The position numbers and the translations under genes were made by a program. The notes beneath the pieces were generated by a model. The model was given only the letters and a program-made list of their open reading frames with translations, was not told the DNA's origin and made no database searches. This document shows, one piece after another, positions 14,161 to 26,915 of a stretch of 64,000 nt of DNA (its first letter is position 1; every line of letters starts with the position of its first letter). The stretch lies in assembly GCA_964016885.1 (NCBI GenBank), contig OZ024741.1:401946001-402010000 (forward strand). Reading direction: 5' to 3'. Source of the DNA: Eledone cirrhosa. Its lineage: Eukaryota.

Positions 14161-14369
14161 CTCTTTAGTTACCAATCTGGCGAAAACTGGCTCTGATTCT
14201 ATGAAATAAAATTACCCATTTTAAAGGTTTCCAATTTAAATTAAAATCTAACAATTTTATATTAAGTTACTATCTTAGTAATGAAATAATTATTAATTTT
14301 GGTAAATCCCTCAAATTCTTCATTAATTAATTAAGTGTGTATGTCATAAGAAATGCAGTCATGAAAGGT
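14161..14369. mobile_element. Degenerate piggyBac-type MITE, uninterrupted paralog of 15538-16595
   Basis: TTAA-CTCTTTAGTTACC ... CATGAAAGGT-TTAA. The body aligns by eye with the two halves flanking the Helitron at 15669-16497. Confidence 0.75.
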
Positions 14370-15086
14370 TTAAACCTATCCAAATTTATAATTTACTTAA
14401 TACCAACATAGCAGCAGATGTGGTAAATTGTTAGTGCAACCAAATTGCAGTGCCTGAGTTGAAATCCCACTGATGTCAAATTTACCTTACATCCTTTCAG
14501 GAATGATAAAATAAAATAAAAGTTAAGGTCCGAAACATTCACTTAAGAAGGGTTTCTTCTCTGAAGACCTTCTGCTGTCCAGCACTCATGAGAATTTCTT
14601 ACCACTACAAAGTCTAGTCTAGAGTAGTAAATTAGTGGAAATGTTAGATCAGATACCTTGCAGTATTTGTTCCAGCAATTTGCTGTCTGAATTGAAATTC
14701 TGTTGTGGCCTATTTGGGTGGTATCATTAATCTGTCACCTAGTTAAATAACACCACCACATGACTCCTTGGGTGCTTTTAGCTTAGCTTACTCTGTTGTA
14801 AGCACTGGATAGGGTTTGAGGATTTCTTCCCCCTCTCTTTCAAGTTTAGGAGGGTTGAAAAGGGTCAAGGACACTGTTCTGACTAAACAGTAAAAAAACA
14901 GAAAAAATAAGAAAGAATGAAAACCTTAGAAGATTTTTGGAAAACCCAATTTTAGTGAGATCATCTATTTTCAATTTTATTTGCTGCTATATCTTGAACA
15001 AAGTCAAATATATTTAATTAAATGGATTTAGTTTCGTTCCAGATTTGCAAATTATTTAGCCCCAAATATCGATGATGATGAGTAAA

Positions 15087-15280
15087 TAATTGTTTCTACT
15101 CATGGCACAAGGCCAGCAATTATCCCAGTTTATTACTGGTACTTTATTTTATCGACCCCGTAAGGATGAAAGGCAAAGTTAACCTCGGCGGGATTTGAAC
15201 TCAGATCATAAAAGGCCGTAACTCTTTGCTGCAAAGCATGGTATCTGACCCTCTGCCGATACTGCCAATCCATGGCAACC
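15087..15280 (-). mobile_element. tRNA-derived SINE (abundant family; other full or partial copies near 14410, 24350-24535, 26050, 28130, 33130, 34125, 34560, 35485, 44612, 45010, 56480)
   Basis: Recurring core CTGAGTTCAAATCCCGCCGAGGTTAACTTTGCCTTTCATCCTTACGGGGTCGATAAAATAAAGTACCAG, with B-box GTTCAAATCC and tail TTGTGCCAAAAGTAGAAACAATTA. Resembles the conserved Meta-type SINE central domain. Confidence 0.85.
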
Positions 15281-15668
15281 TAACAGCATGCTGGTTTGTA
15301 GTATGTTTTATAACATTTTATCTGATGTAGAAGAATTCAGTATTTAAAAAAAATTTATATCCAAATAAAAAAGGAACTTTTACTACATTCTTTTAATAAC
15401 ATTTAAAACATTCCTTTCAAGACCATAACTCTAACACTTGTGTGTGTTAGAATTATTTTTTTTATTAATTCAGAGGGATTTTTAAAAAACAAACTTTATC
15501 AAAGGGCAAGGGCTTGGTGGAATAATATATTGTTTAACCCTTTAGTTACCAACACAGCCAAAATTGGCCACAGTTCTATAAAATAAAGTCACTCACTTTA
15601 AAGGTTTCCAAATTAAATTAAAATCTTCCAACATAATTTTCTTTAAGAACCTTTACATTAAATTACTA

Positions 15669-16497
15669 TCTAACCTATAATAAAGTAAGGAGTGCGGGAC
15701 TGTGTCCAGATATATTTTTTTATCCCTTTTGTAAAATAAGTTCATCATTTCATTTTACGTCCGCTTTTTCCCAAAGTTGGATTACATAATTTATCTACTA
15801 AATTTCGTTATTCTTGATTAAATATAAATAATATTGTTGCTTATTTTAAGATTCACTTCTTTAAAATTTTCAAATGTCAACACTTCCGGTTAGCGATCGC
15901 TTAAATAAACATTCATATATTTTCATTACTAATTTTCTCCTAATGCAGTTTATATATAATATCGTCTTTTTTTTTAATGTATCATGGATTACGTTACTGA
16001 TGGAGGCACATGGCTTAGTGGTTAGAGCATTGGCCTTGCAATCGAAAGGTTGTGAGTTCAATTCTCAGACCGGGTGATGTGTTGTTTCCTTGAGCAAGAC
16101 ACTTTATTTCACATTGCTCCAGTTTACTCAGCTGTAGAAATGAGATGATAGGGACTGGGGTCCATATCATTCCACTGCAAAGTGGTCTTGGAGGTGCCAC
16201 GGCAAAAAAAGCACCCAGCACTCACTGTAAATGAGATTGGTGTTAGGAAGGGCATCCAGCTGTAGAAATCAAGCCAGAATCAGTTCCCGTCCCACCCTTG
16301 CAAGCAGGGAAAAAGCGGACGTAAAATGAAATGAATGAATGAATTACATAAGACAGTGTAACGCAGTCTTCGTTCAATTTCTGTGTATATTGTCAATTAC
16401 GATGTTATTTGATGTATCATATATACTTGCGTATAATATCAATATGCACACTACACATGCTAGCAGAAAACCACCCGAAGGGTGGTTTTTCTGCTAG
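15669..16497 (+). mobile_element. Complete non-autonomous Helitron
   Basis: Begins A|TCTAACCTATAATAAAG and ends with hairpin CCACCC-GAA-GGGTGG followed by TTTTTCTGCTAG|T. Inserted between A and T with no TSD; the empty site TTACTA|TC is visible in the paralogous MITE near 14270. Confidence 0.88.
16001..16343 (+). mobile_element. tRNA-head SINE with RTE-like tail, nested in the Helitron
   Basis: A-box TGGCTTAGTGG, B-box GAGTTCAATTC, central CCTTGAGCAAGACACTT, tail GTTAGGAAGGGCATCCAGCTGTAGAAA shared with the RTE 3' ends in this window, and a terminal (TGAA)n. Confidence 0.85.
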
Positions 16498-16748
16498 TCA
16501 TAATAATGAAATAATTAATAATTTTAGAAAATCCCTCAAAATTCTTCATTAATTAAAATAGAGTATATTTTATTAGAAATGCAACCATGAAAGGGTTAAT
16601 TATTAGCAATTCAAATATATAGTTTTCTATCATAGAAATGGGGGCAGGCTGGTATCAAAAGGGTTAAAGAAAAGTCACAGTTTATAAGAGTATTAGCTTT
16701 TAACATCCTTTACCACACAAAACCACATTAGCAAGACATTTAAAAGTA

Positions 16749-17872
16749 TTAGGTTGTTCAGAAATTAATGCAGGCTTTGTTTTTATTTGTTTCAACATGT
16801 TTCAAGAATATAAACTCATGCAAAGTGTATAAAAGTAGGCAGCATTTTTATGTAATCTATTTTTAATATGAATTGCAATTTTGTCAATTTTCAGATCTTT
16901 AAGATGACAAAATAGGATTTTTAATAAATATACTTCTATTGATTTAAATTCAGTGACAGTACAAACAACTAGAAACATATTGGAAGCTGAAAAAATGTTA
17001 ATGAATACACAGTATAATATTGGTTTCAAAAATACTGTGGCGGTAAATTCATTCTTGAAGATAGTCATACACGTCCTACTATAGATGATAAACTGAAGAC
17101 TTTGGTGAAAGCAAATCCTCAGAAAACTGTTTGAGAGCTTACAGGAGAGATAAATGTTAGCCTTGAAACAATTTCTGAACATTTAAACTGAATTGGAAAG
17201 TCAAGGAAGTTTGAAAATGGGTGACACAAACTGAATGAAAACTAAAAAGAAAATCAAAGGATGACCTATTTCTTGATCACATTGTTTCAATGAAAAATGT
17301 ATCCTATACAATAACAATCATGTTCAGCTTAGTCATTGGACTGACGTGAAGTTCCTAAACGACAAGTTGCAAGAAAATATGGTTCTGGTGACTGGTGGTC
17401 CACTACAGCTTTCTGAATCCTGGCAAAACATTCACAGCAAAGAAATATTGCCACAAAATTTATGAAATCCTACAAAATTTGCAACATGTGTCTTGATCAA
17501 TAGAAAAGGTGCAATCCTTTTGCACAACTGTTCAACCACAAACCACACTTCAGAAGTTGAACGAATTGGGCTACAAAACTCTGCCTCATCCTGCATACTC
17601 ACTGGATTTTTATACCGTCTGACTACAACTTTTTCAAGCATTTAAGAAACTTCCTGCAAGGAAAAAACCTTCAATAACCAAACAGCTGCAAAAAATGCCT
17701 TCAAAGTATTCATCACCTCCAGAACTTCAGAATTCTATGTCACTTGGAATAAACTTGTATCTTGTGGGCAAAATATGTGTAAATGCTAATGATTATTATT
17801 TCAATGAATAATGTTTATTCTGGGATGGGATAGGTTGTTTTAAAACCCTGCATTAATTTTAGAACATGATAA
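16749..17872 (+). mobile_element. Decayed mariner (Tc1/mariner) transposon with pseudogenised transposase
   Basis: Imperfect TIRs TTAGGTTGTTCAGAAATTAATGCAGG / CCTGCATTAATTTTAGAACA. Remnants include 'TISEHL..IGK', 'FLDHIV' and 'PHPAYSLD..PSDYNFFKHL' near 17585, corresponding to the mariner YSPDLAPSD motif. Confidence 0.85.
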
Positions 17873-17989
17873 AAAAAAAAAGACCACTATAACTGCATTG
17901 TGTTAAAAATTCAAGTCTTTAGTTTACCTGATACTTTCACAACAATCTGTACAGCAGTAAAAATACTACAAACATTTGAATTGAGAAAC

Positions 17990-18770
17990 TTGTTGCTAAA
18001 TCATTACAGGATATTGAGGTAGCAAAAGTTTTAATCAAAAGGCCTCAAATTAAACTTCAGAATAAATTTTAATAAATAGGAGAAAAAACAAGATCCTACA
18101 GTTGGGTTCGATATACCAAAAAGGAGTAGGCAGATATTCCGTAAGGTGTAACCAATATAAACTATGGATGCACAAGATGTGGAAACATTGACAGTATGGC
18201 AGTGAGAATACATGTGCAATATACTCCTTCAATTGCTCAACAGGCTCACTAGAAGCAGTTGATAGCTTTTATTACCTGGGGGACCCAATTAATAACAGAA
18301 ATGAATATTCTGAATACAAAGCAGCCAGCAAGAGTAAGAATGAGATTGGAAACATTCAAGGAGCTGCACACAGCCACAGCTAGTAACAAACATATAAGCT
18401 TCTCTTTAAGAGTGATGTTTGTGATGCTGCATTGAAGCTAAGATGTTAGCTTTGAATACAGAAGATGTTAAGGTGTGTGATGGTTAGAAAGAACTGAAGT
18501 ATTCTCAGAGCACAAATGAGCTGAGAGAAAAGTCAGATCCAATATGTAAGGTGTAAAAAAAAAAAAAGACTGTGCTGGCTTGTGTATGGAGAATGTCAGT
18601 TGTATAAAAAAAAGTGGCAAGCACTCAATGTTGTTGGAACCTGTGGGAGAAAGTAGCCTAGAAAGACATGAATACAGATCTAAAATCATAAAAGATTTCA
18701 AAAGAACTTGATAACTGTCAACACAGTGCTGAAGAAAATCCAGCCACCAATACAAGCATGGTATAATGGT
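17990..18770 (+). mobile_element. Decayed RTE LINE, C-terminal ORF2 and 3' region
   Basis: 'KGVGRYSVRCNQYKLWMHK' and 'ARVRMRLETFKEL' parallel the better preserved copies at 43774-44040 and 57510-58043. Confidence 0.65.
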
Positions 18771-20223
18771 AATTAAATTGGAGATGTATGATATATGTTG
18801 TCTGTTATATTCCTGTCACATCTCCAACTAATGTTCTCTTCATTACTATCTCATTTAACACTCTCAGTACTACACAGCCAGCATTATGAGGAATGACATT
18901 TCATCTTCCCCATTACCTTCTTCTTCTTGGATCATCCCTCTTTCGAAGGTGACACATTCATTTTGCATTTTCTAATGGCTAAAATACATGCGATTCACCA
19001 CACCCGCATAAACGTCCATGCCACCAATGTTGGGCCATGCACATTCACAACTTTCCTATCAACTTCTTGCATCAAATCTGCCCATTGCCCAGTACAGTAC
19101 CCTCTATCACCCCATTCTTTCTCCCATATCAAGTATACACTAACATATCACTCACCATCACCCATCTATTGCTATGTTAGTCTTCTTCTTTGCTCTTGAT
19201 GGGACTTGAGTAATCCTAATGATCCCAGAGGCATCATAATGTGTAGAACCAACCAAGTCCATCAGCTCCACATGTTACTCATGCCATTTCTCTATTCAAT
19301 CTTTTCACACACACCCTCTTCTATCTGGTTGATGGCATTTGCCTAGACGGAATGGAATCATCAGAGTAGAGAGGTTAGCTTTAGTCCTGCAGGAGACAGT
19401 AAGCTCTCTAGTGTTGGTAAACAGAAACAATCTCAGATACCTCTTGGTACATCGTCTTCCTCTATACATTCTTGATAATGTGTCTTGAAAGAATGGAGAT
19501 TAAGTAGAACGGGAGAAAACTTGATGAACTTGCAGGGACAAGAGAGCCTCTCTAGTGATGGTATGTATGGTCCCATAACACCTGATAGTGTCGTAGGGGT
19601 GCCGTATTGACATACAGCGTTTCTTGGGCATTTTAATCCTGGCACAGCCCATCCCTCTCCAGGCTTGAGTACAGCAGATTTCTTTCAGAGAGAGGAAGAA
19701 TCAACCCCAGTACTAGACTGGTATTTTTTTTATTGACATCAAATGGATGGTGCACATCACAATAAAGTTTAAAAGACCATACAGCTAGAGAAACTATGCC
19801 AAAAAATTGAACATAAGACATGATCCTTCAATCCATCTAAGAATGTATTGAATGTATATTACACAAAACATAACCACTTCTAATGTCGTCTAAGAGAATT
19901 TATCAAGTACATTGTACTTTATTTCTGGTGCCATGACTACACAACAAACAGGCAAAATCAGTTTGATAGTAACCACTGAAAGTTTTATACTTTGTTATCA
20001 AGCAAAGCACTTCACACTGGAATCTTGTAAAATTGCTTTCTTTGCATTAATTAACTATTTAGGAGATGCGTGCAAATTTTCATTATCCAAGATTAGCATT
20101 TAGAAAACTCCTATTTTCTTACAATGACATTCAACATATTGGGACTAATATATAAGTGACTTTTATCACATTTCAAGAGTGAAAATTATATTAAAAGTCT
20201 ACAATATATTTATTCAAATAAAT

Positions 20224-20420
20224 ACGAGGGTCATCTGAAAAGTCTATAGGCTGACTATGAAGGAGTGATGCTAGAGCTGTGAAATCTTGCATGCATTAAT
20301 TTCAACTCTTATTAATAACTGCATTGTTTCTTTCCAGGGACTATGTTGAAAAATAAACCTCATTTGGTAATTCTATGAGAGTATCTTTGTCTGCCTATAA
20401 ACTTTTCAGCTAACAGGCGT
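20224..20420. mobile_element. Mariner-type MITE (about 197 bp)
   Basis: TA-CGAGGGTCATCTGAAAAGT ... ACTTTTCAGCTAACAGGCG-TA imperfect TIRs. Body shared with 13650-13944 and 23995-24105. Confidence 0.75.
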
Positions 20421-20764
20421 ATCTGATATAATCAGGCAACTAAGCTCCATTACAAAGATATAAAAAACAAAACATTGTTAAAATATAAATATTTCAAGGT
20501 GAAATTCTTAATTTAATGTGTGTCAAGGGCTGGACAGGGCCCCATAAACCAAATCAGTCCTTAATTGAAGTTACTGACTCCTTAAACAAAGCTGGCTTGT
20601 GTCTCATGATCCAGCAATTTATAGAGTGTAATGGGTACTTTTCTATTGTGATACCAGCACTTCATTTTCCATGTTAGATGGGTTGTCATGCTATGAGACC
20701 ACATCATGCTCCTATGGATCTGTATTTTGGTTTCTATGGTTAGAAGCCCTTCCTAATGTCATTC

Positions 20765-21068
20765 ACATTACACTGTCAACTGGGTGCTTTTTATCATAGC
20801 ACCAAAATGACTTTCTAACAAAGTGGACTGGGTGCTTTTTATTGTCACCAATACAACCACCTTACAGGGTCGATTGGGTCTTTTTTTGTGTCTCCAACAT
20901 GACCACCATTACAGAATAGACTGGATGCTTTTTGTTGTGTCACCAAAATGACCATCTAACAGGGTGGACTGGGTCCTTTTTGTTGTGTCACCAGTATGAC
21001 CACCATTACAGGGTGGACTGTGTGATTTCTATCAAGTGACCAGCACGACTGCCATTACAGGGTGGCCT
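20765..21068 (-). repeat. About 50-bp tandem repeat (about 6 copies) derived from an RTE/SINE 3' tail
   Basis: Unit approximately CATTACAGGGTGGACTGGGTGCTTTTTGTTGTGTCACCA, directly adjacent to the minus-strand tail motif TTTCTATGGTTAGAAGCCCTTCCTAA. Confidence 0.7.
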
Positions 21069-21511
21069 GGGCTTGCATAACTTAACTGCTAATGAATTTG
21101 CTTTCATAAATACTAATTTATGAATGAATTCAACTATTTTTACAAAACAAATTAGAATAAAATTCCCAAACATATAAAAGGGCAACATAAGATTCATATA
21201 TAACAATTAACAATGTGTATATATATATTTGTTATCACACAACAAATAGAGAGTGAATGAGTGACAGTGGGAGAAATAAAATGAGAGTTATGGGATAATG
21301 TATTTATTACACTGGCCAATAGAGAGTGAATTAAAATATATTGGAGTAAGCTGTATAACGTAAGTTGAAGTGACAGGAATCAGTGATAGAAAATACATCT
21401 ACACAGTAATTATTCAATTAGGATAACATGAATACTAAACATGTTTTCTGCTAAATTACTTTTCCCTGTTGAAAATAAAGTACATAACAGTATGTGTGTG
21501 TGTATATATAA

Positions 21512-21561
<50 letters not shown>

Positions 21562-21749
21562 GAAGAAAACATAATAGAAAAAAAATTCCTGTTGAAAGCC
21601 ATTCACTTCAAATATAAGACTTGTCATTTTTGACATGAGAAAAGTGAAAATATATAAAAACATGTTTAATAAGTAGAAAAATAAAGGTTAATAAAGATTA
21701 ATGCAAATTACTGTGTCACACTGAACCTCCCTGAGAATCGAGAGGGTAG

Positions 21750-22290
21750 GACAAAAAACACCCAGTACACACTGTAAAGTGGTCATGTAGGTGTCACGAC
21801 AAAAAACACCCAGTACACACTGTAAAGTAGTCATGTAGGTGTCACAACAAAAACACCCAGTACACACTGTTAAGTGATCATGTAGGTGTCATGATAAAAA
21901 ACACCCAGCCGACACTAAAGTGGTCATGTAGGTGTCACAACAAAAAACACCCAGCTACACTGTAAAGTGGTTGTGTAGGTGTCATGACAAAAAACACCCA
22001 GTCCACACTGTAAAGTGGTCATGTAGATGTCACAACAAAAAGCTTCCAGCCCACACTATAAGGTGGTCGAATAGGTGTCACAACAAAAAACACCCAGTAC
22101 ACACTGTAAAGTGGTTGTGTAGCTGTCACAACAAAAAGCACCCAGTGTAAATGTGGTTGGCATTAAGAAGGGCATCAAGCCATAGAAACCAAGCCAGAAA
22201 CAGTTCTGTATGATCAAGACAGTCACCTGACCCAGCTTGCCTCAAACGGAGCAACCTGTCTAACCAATACTCGTGTGAAATAGACATTAA
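21750..22290 (+). repeat. About 48-bp tandem repeat (about 8 copies) running into an RTE/SINE 3' tail
   Basis: Unit approximately ACAAAAAACACCCAGTACACACTGTAAAGTGGTCATGTAGGTGTCAC, ending in GGTTGGCATTAAGAAGGGCATC (tail motif). Confidence 0.8.
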
Positions 22291-22739
22291 ATGGTGATAG
22301 GAGCAGGCTGTTCAATTGATCTAACTACTGACACACTCATTGTCAGAAGGCTAAAACTTCCAAGAATAACCTAAACAATTATCAAATAATTTCAAATTTA
22401 ACATTTGTAGCAGTATAGCAATATAAAAGAAGAAAAAAAGTTTGATCACCTTTCATTACAAACCTACATTAGGGTCTCTACATAGTCTCTCCAAATGACA
22501 GAAATACCTCATAACATATAGAAAAGTGACACAATGAACGTGTTCTTGGATGAACACACCTTATACATTAGAGGACTGATTCAGGAATAAACAATAACTT
22601 GAATCTCATTCTTTCTACATTATGGATCCCATAAAAGTGTTGCTACGTGATCCTTGTAATATATCGAATCTATTGTCGCAATCTTGACTGGTTTAAATAT
22701 CTTGTGTTAACCATTTATTGGTAACTTCTGGTAAATGCT

Positions 22740-23415
22740 GCAGAAAATGTTAAAGACTGGCTAAAGGTTTATGTCCCCCTATTCTTGCCACCCATTATCT
22801 TCTCTCAAATGGACACACCCAAGGAATACCTTTACAGATCAGAAATGCAACATCGTTCTGGCTTTGTAAACCCCCAAGATCAATGTCCAAGTTATCTAAT
22901 TGGAACAGCGAGACAAAGACGATCTCGTCACACAATATTTGTCAACTTTGGGACAAGACTGTCCCCTCAGTGCCAATGGCTGGCGCAGAGGCAACCCTCA
23001 TATCCAAAGTGAAGAATCCATCATTGGAAGAGAAACTCCAAGAGTTGTTCAACGAGAAACCAATTTGGTCAAGGAATGGAATCTGTGGGCCACCCAGACC
23101 ACTTGCAGTATGTGCTCCCCTTCATTGCCTACTACTTCATCACAGGGCCATGGCGCAGCTTGTGGGTTCAGTTTGGCTATGACCCTTGCAAAGAAATACC
23201 AAATTGTTGACTTTAGAGTTCAGCAGTGGCAGGCTTGACATCAAGACCAAACATAGCACATTCAGTTATACTCATTGGAGTTGGCTCAACTTCACAAGCT
23301 GGGAGAATACCATCACAAGTACAATTATGGACAGGCACATATACACACAACTTTTATATGCTTCTCTTTTCGCCCTCAGGATACCTAGATCACGATATGT
23401 GGTGGAATTACTGTA
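22740..23415 (+). pseudogene. GTF3C5: Processed pseudogene fragment of TFIIIC 63-kDa subunit (GTF3C5/Tfc1)
   Basis: Stitched frames: LFLPPIIFSQMDTPKEYLYRSEMQHRSG...LIGTARQRRSRHTIFVNF / LQELFNEKPIWSRN / VLPFIAYYFITGPWRSLWVQFGYDP / YQIVDFRV / IKTKHSTFSY. These match recalled GTF3C5 motifs (PPPIFSRLD, LFDIRPIWSRN, LPFIAYYMITGPWRSLWIRFGYDP). Several frameshifts, no introns. Similarity beyond about 23280 is weak. Confidence 0.9.
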
Positions 23416-23497
23416 TATACTCAAATATAAGCCAAGGAATATGTGACCCTCACAAAAAAAAACTGTGGCATTTTGAGACTGTACGCATTATTCTGAA

Positions 23498-23628
23498 TCT
23501 ATACTTTAGACCGTTACAACAGAAGTCTGTATACTTTAGACTGTTACAACCAACAGAAATCTGTATTCTTTAGACTGCTACAACCAACAGAAATCTCTAT
23601 ATTTTAGACTGCTACAACCAACAGAAAA
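23498..23628. repeat. About 30-34 bp tandem repeat (4 copies)
   Basis: TTTAGACTGYTACAACCAACAGAAATCTGTAT repeated. Confidence 0.8.
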
Positions 23629-26394
23629 AACATTATGATAATTTGAAATATGCAAGGTCAACATTTGACCCAAAAATGACCTAGCTCTGCTAACTTTTGA
23701 ATCCTTGGTTGAATATTGATAAAACCTTGAGAATCATTTTTTTGTCTTCTTTTTACACAAAATCAGTCTATGCCAAGTTGCAGTAAACTTGAAGTGTTAT
23801 TGAATAGTAGCGACTTCTGAAATCAACCATGTGATTTTATATCAATGTCTGATCATTCTAGGGGTGCTTTTATACCTAAACACATTTTTTAGATGTGATT
23901 GCTTTGTCTCCCATCCCAACCAACCTCTCTTCACTTTCCCTTGCTTTAAACATTGACTTTCTATTAGCCTCAATCTCCTTCATTCACCTTACACAAGAGT
24001 CTGAGGAAAAGTTCATTGGCTGACTACGAAGGAGTGATGCTAGGGCTGTGAAATCATGCATTAATTTCAGCTCTTCTTAATAACTGCATTGTTTCTTTTA
24101 AGGGACTTACACTACTTCAATTCATTTACCTGGCCACCACCCAAGCAACAATAACACTTGTTTCTCCCCATTGAGACAAAGGCCGAAATTGCTGCCAGTT
24201 TCCTTAGATTCCAGAATGTACCTCAATAATCATCAGTTAATACTCCATAGTAAATCTGGTTACTTTCCATAAGATCCAATTACACTCCAATACAAAATGT
24301 TTACATTTTAGATGTGCTCACTGCAGCAAGTAAACATAAAAACATGTAATAATTGTTTCTACTTTTGGTACAAGGCCACCAATTACCCAGTACATTATTG
24401 GTACTAAAACATGTAATAATTGATTCTACTATTGGCACAAGGTCAGCAATGACCCAGTACATTACTGGTACTTTATTTTATCAACCCCCATAAGGATGAA
24501 AGGCAAAGTTAACCTCAGCAGGATTTGAACTCAGATTTAAAACATGTAATAATAATCTTAGGTTTTGCCTAATATTGGCTCCTAACTTAACATTTTGGTC
24601 AACTGTTGTTAACCCTTTCTGTACAAAACTGCTTAACACAGGTTCTGGTTCTGATATAACACTTCTATTTTTAAAGTGTTTATTGCTGTGGCACCATTTC
24701 AACCACCTTACAGGGTAGACGGGGTGACTTTTATCGTGGTACCAGCACCATCACTTTACAGGGTGGATTAGAAAACGGGTAACTTAGCCATTTGATAGGG
24801 ATCATTTAAGTATATACCAGACTGAGTCAAAAGGATTAGCTAGAGCCTTTAAAGGAAACTTCAACATAACCCCAATCCAATGATTGAAACCAGTATAACA
24901 GTACAGAGTAACAAATTAAAAGCCATCAAGCATTGTGGCTAACTTACTGTTTGTATTAATATAGTGGTTGGTGATGAGAAGGGCATCCAGCTGTAGAAAG
25001 CACCCAGTACATGCTGTAAACTGGTTGGTGTTAGGAAAGGCATCCAGCTGTAGAAAGCTTACCAAATAAGAGGTTAGGAGGACCCTTCAGTTTGTGTCAA
25101 AAGACAAAAACTTCTCTGCACTCGATATGACCATTCATAAGCAGGATACAGACCCCTCGGTCAGTAACCCCACTTCAGTACTGACTTGGTCTATGTAGAC
25201 CCGTCCAACCCTTGCTAGCAAGGAAAGCTGATTTTAAATGATGATGAGAGAGAGAGAGGGGGGGGGGAATAAGAAACTCCATATTTCTGGGTTTTTTTAA
25301 TAATTTTTCAACATAGATTCAATAAGTTTTGTCAAGTTTTACTTTAAAACACTTAACTATCAACATGAGGAAACCTTTGTACAGCCAATCAACCTACTAC
25401 ACACAGCCATTCACAACCCACTCAATGTCTTAAGTATTAAAAGAACCCCTACCAACCCACTCAAAAAAAAAAAAAACACACAGGATACATTGACAATTAC
25501 AGCTCCACTATGAAGTGAGTCACAGGTGTGGTTCAAGGAAATAACTCTACTGAAGGTAGGATCAGCAGTAGCAGCAGCACTGGCAGTTGACTAGCTTATA
25601 AGTTCAAGTTCAACATCTCTAGTTGATTCAACAGAAGAGTTGTATGTCATCAGTCTTGTTCCCAAAATCTAATTGGGTTGATGACATTGATAAAATCATC
25701 ATCAAATGTTTGCTCTTCCATAATTAAGAAAATACAGGAATTTGACAACCAGGCCTGTGCAATAGGGCTGGACATAAGCCTGTACCCAATTAGGCCCCAT
25801 TTCAAACAGCTTGTTAAGTATTTTTAGTTATAAGTGCCCAATACATGTCATGTATATAATGTACTTGTATGTATGTATGGAAGCATAACTCCTGAAGGAG
25901 TTGTAGGTGTGCCATAGTATTTTCAGCCTGGCAAAAGCAATCCTCTTCCAAGGTCTGGACATAGCCAATTTCCTCCGGAGAAGGACAGTGATAACGAGAA
26001 AATGGGAAAGATATAGAAGAAGAATCGACTCTATTACTTGCTTTTCTTTATCGGACTCAAAAGGATGAAAGGCAAAGTTGACCTTAGTGGGATTTGAACT
26101 CAGAGCACAGCAAGCCATTATGAATACCGCAAATCACTCTAACATTCTAATGACTCTGCCAATCCACTGCCTTATATGTTGTACATACAAGTAACAAAAC
26201 AGAATAAAAGAAGTTGAAGTAGGTTCATGCCAACTTTCCCTCCACCTGGCCAGCTGACAACAGACAAATTGGCTAAATGTTCAATAGATCTCCATCTTTA
26301 GAAATTTCTTCAATAACAGTTTATTAGAAATGAATTGTTATATATTCTTTATATAAGGAAGCCTGCACAATACACTATATGTGAGTTGTATTCC

Positions 26395-26915
26395 ACTGAA
26401 GCAGTGGAGTATTTCGGGGTCGTGTTTATGAGTGATGGAAAGCAGGAAGCTGAATTAAGTACAAGAATTGCAGGAGCTGGTGCAGTAATGTGCTAGATTC
26501 AACATTAGGTAATCAGAAGGGAAGTAGGTATAAAAGCCAAACTCACTATCTTCAATTCGGTATTTATGACAACCCTAACCAACGGTCATGAATCTTGGGT
26601 AATGACCAAAAGAATACGATAGCGAATACAAGCAGCCAAAATGTGGTCCCTCCAAAGGGTCTTTAGAGTAACGTTACTCGATAGAATCAGAGATCAGAGT
26701 CACTCCAGGTAGAGCAATTACTTCTCCAAATTGAGAGATCACAACTCCAATATTACTGGACAGATTTTACAAGAAAAACCAAACAGGTAAGAGACCCAAG
26801 GGAAGACTCCAAGTAAGATGGTTGAATAACATCCATGATCTCGGCTGCTCTGAGAGGACCCGCTGGAAGGAGTACTTGAGGACTGTCCCCACGACTTCCC
26901 CAAGAATAAGTGAGA
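26395..26915 (+). mobile_element. RTE (Expander/Rex3-like) LINE 3' fragment
   Basis: 'EYFGVVFMSDGKQEAELSTRIAGAGAVM...AKLTIFNSVFMTTLTNGHESWVMTKRIR.RIQAA', with stops. Confidence 0.8.

Larger units (their letters stand above)
15538..16595. mobile_element. piggyBac-type MITE interrupted by a Helitron
   Basis: TTAA|CCCTTTAGTTACC at 15538 and ATGAAAGGG|TTAA at 16595. Removing 15669-16497 restores a sequence colinear with 14161-14369. Confidence 0.8.

Noticed and set aside
16001-16075. tRNA-like sequence with A and B boxes
   Set aside because: No complete cloverleaf or acceptor stem; it continues into a SINE body and tail, so it is a SINE head and not a tRNA gene.
18031-18232. Hydrophobic minus-strand ORFs resembling membrane-protein fragments
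   Set aside because: They are the antisense of a decayed plus-strand RTE LINE.
26190-26320. Minus-strand stretch reading VIEEISKDGDLLKHLANLSVVSWPGGGKVG, first considered as exon 2
   Set aside because: Lacks CPRC and a proper acceptor; the true exon 2 is at 11899-11948. No family recognised.
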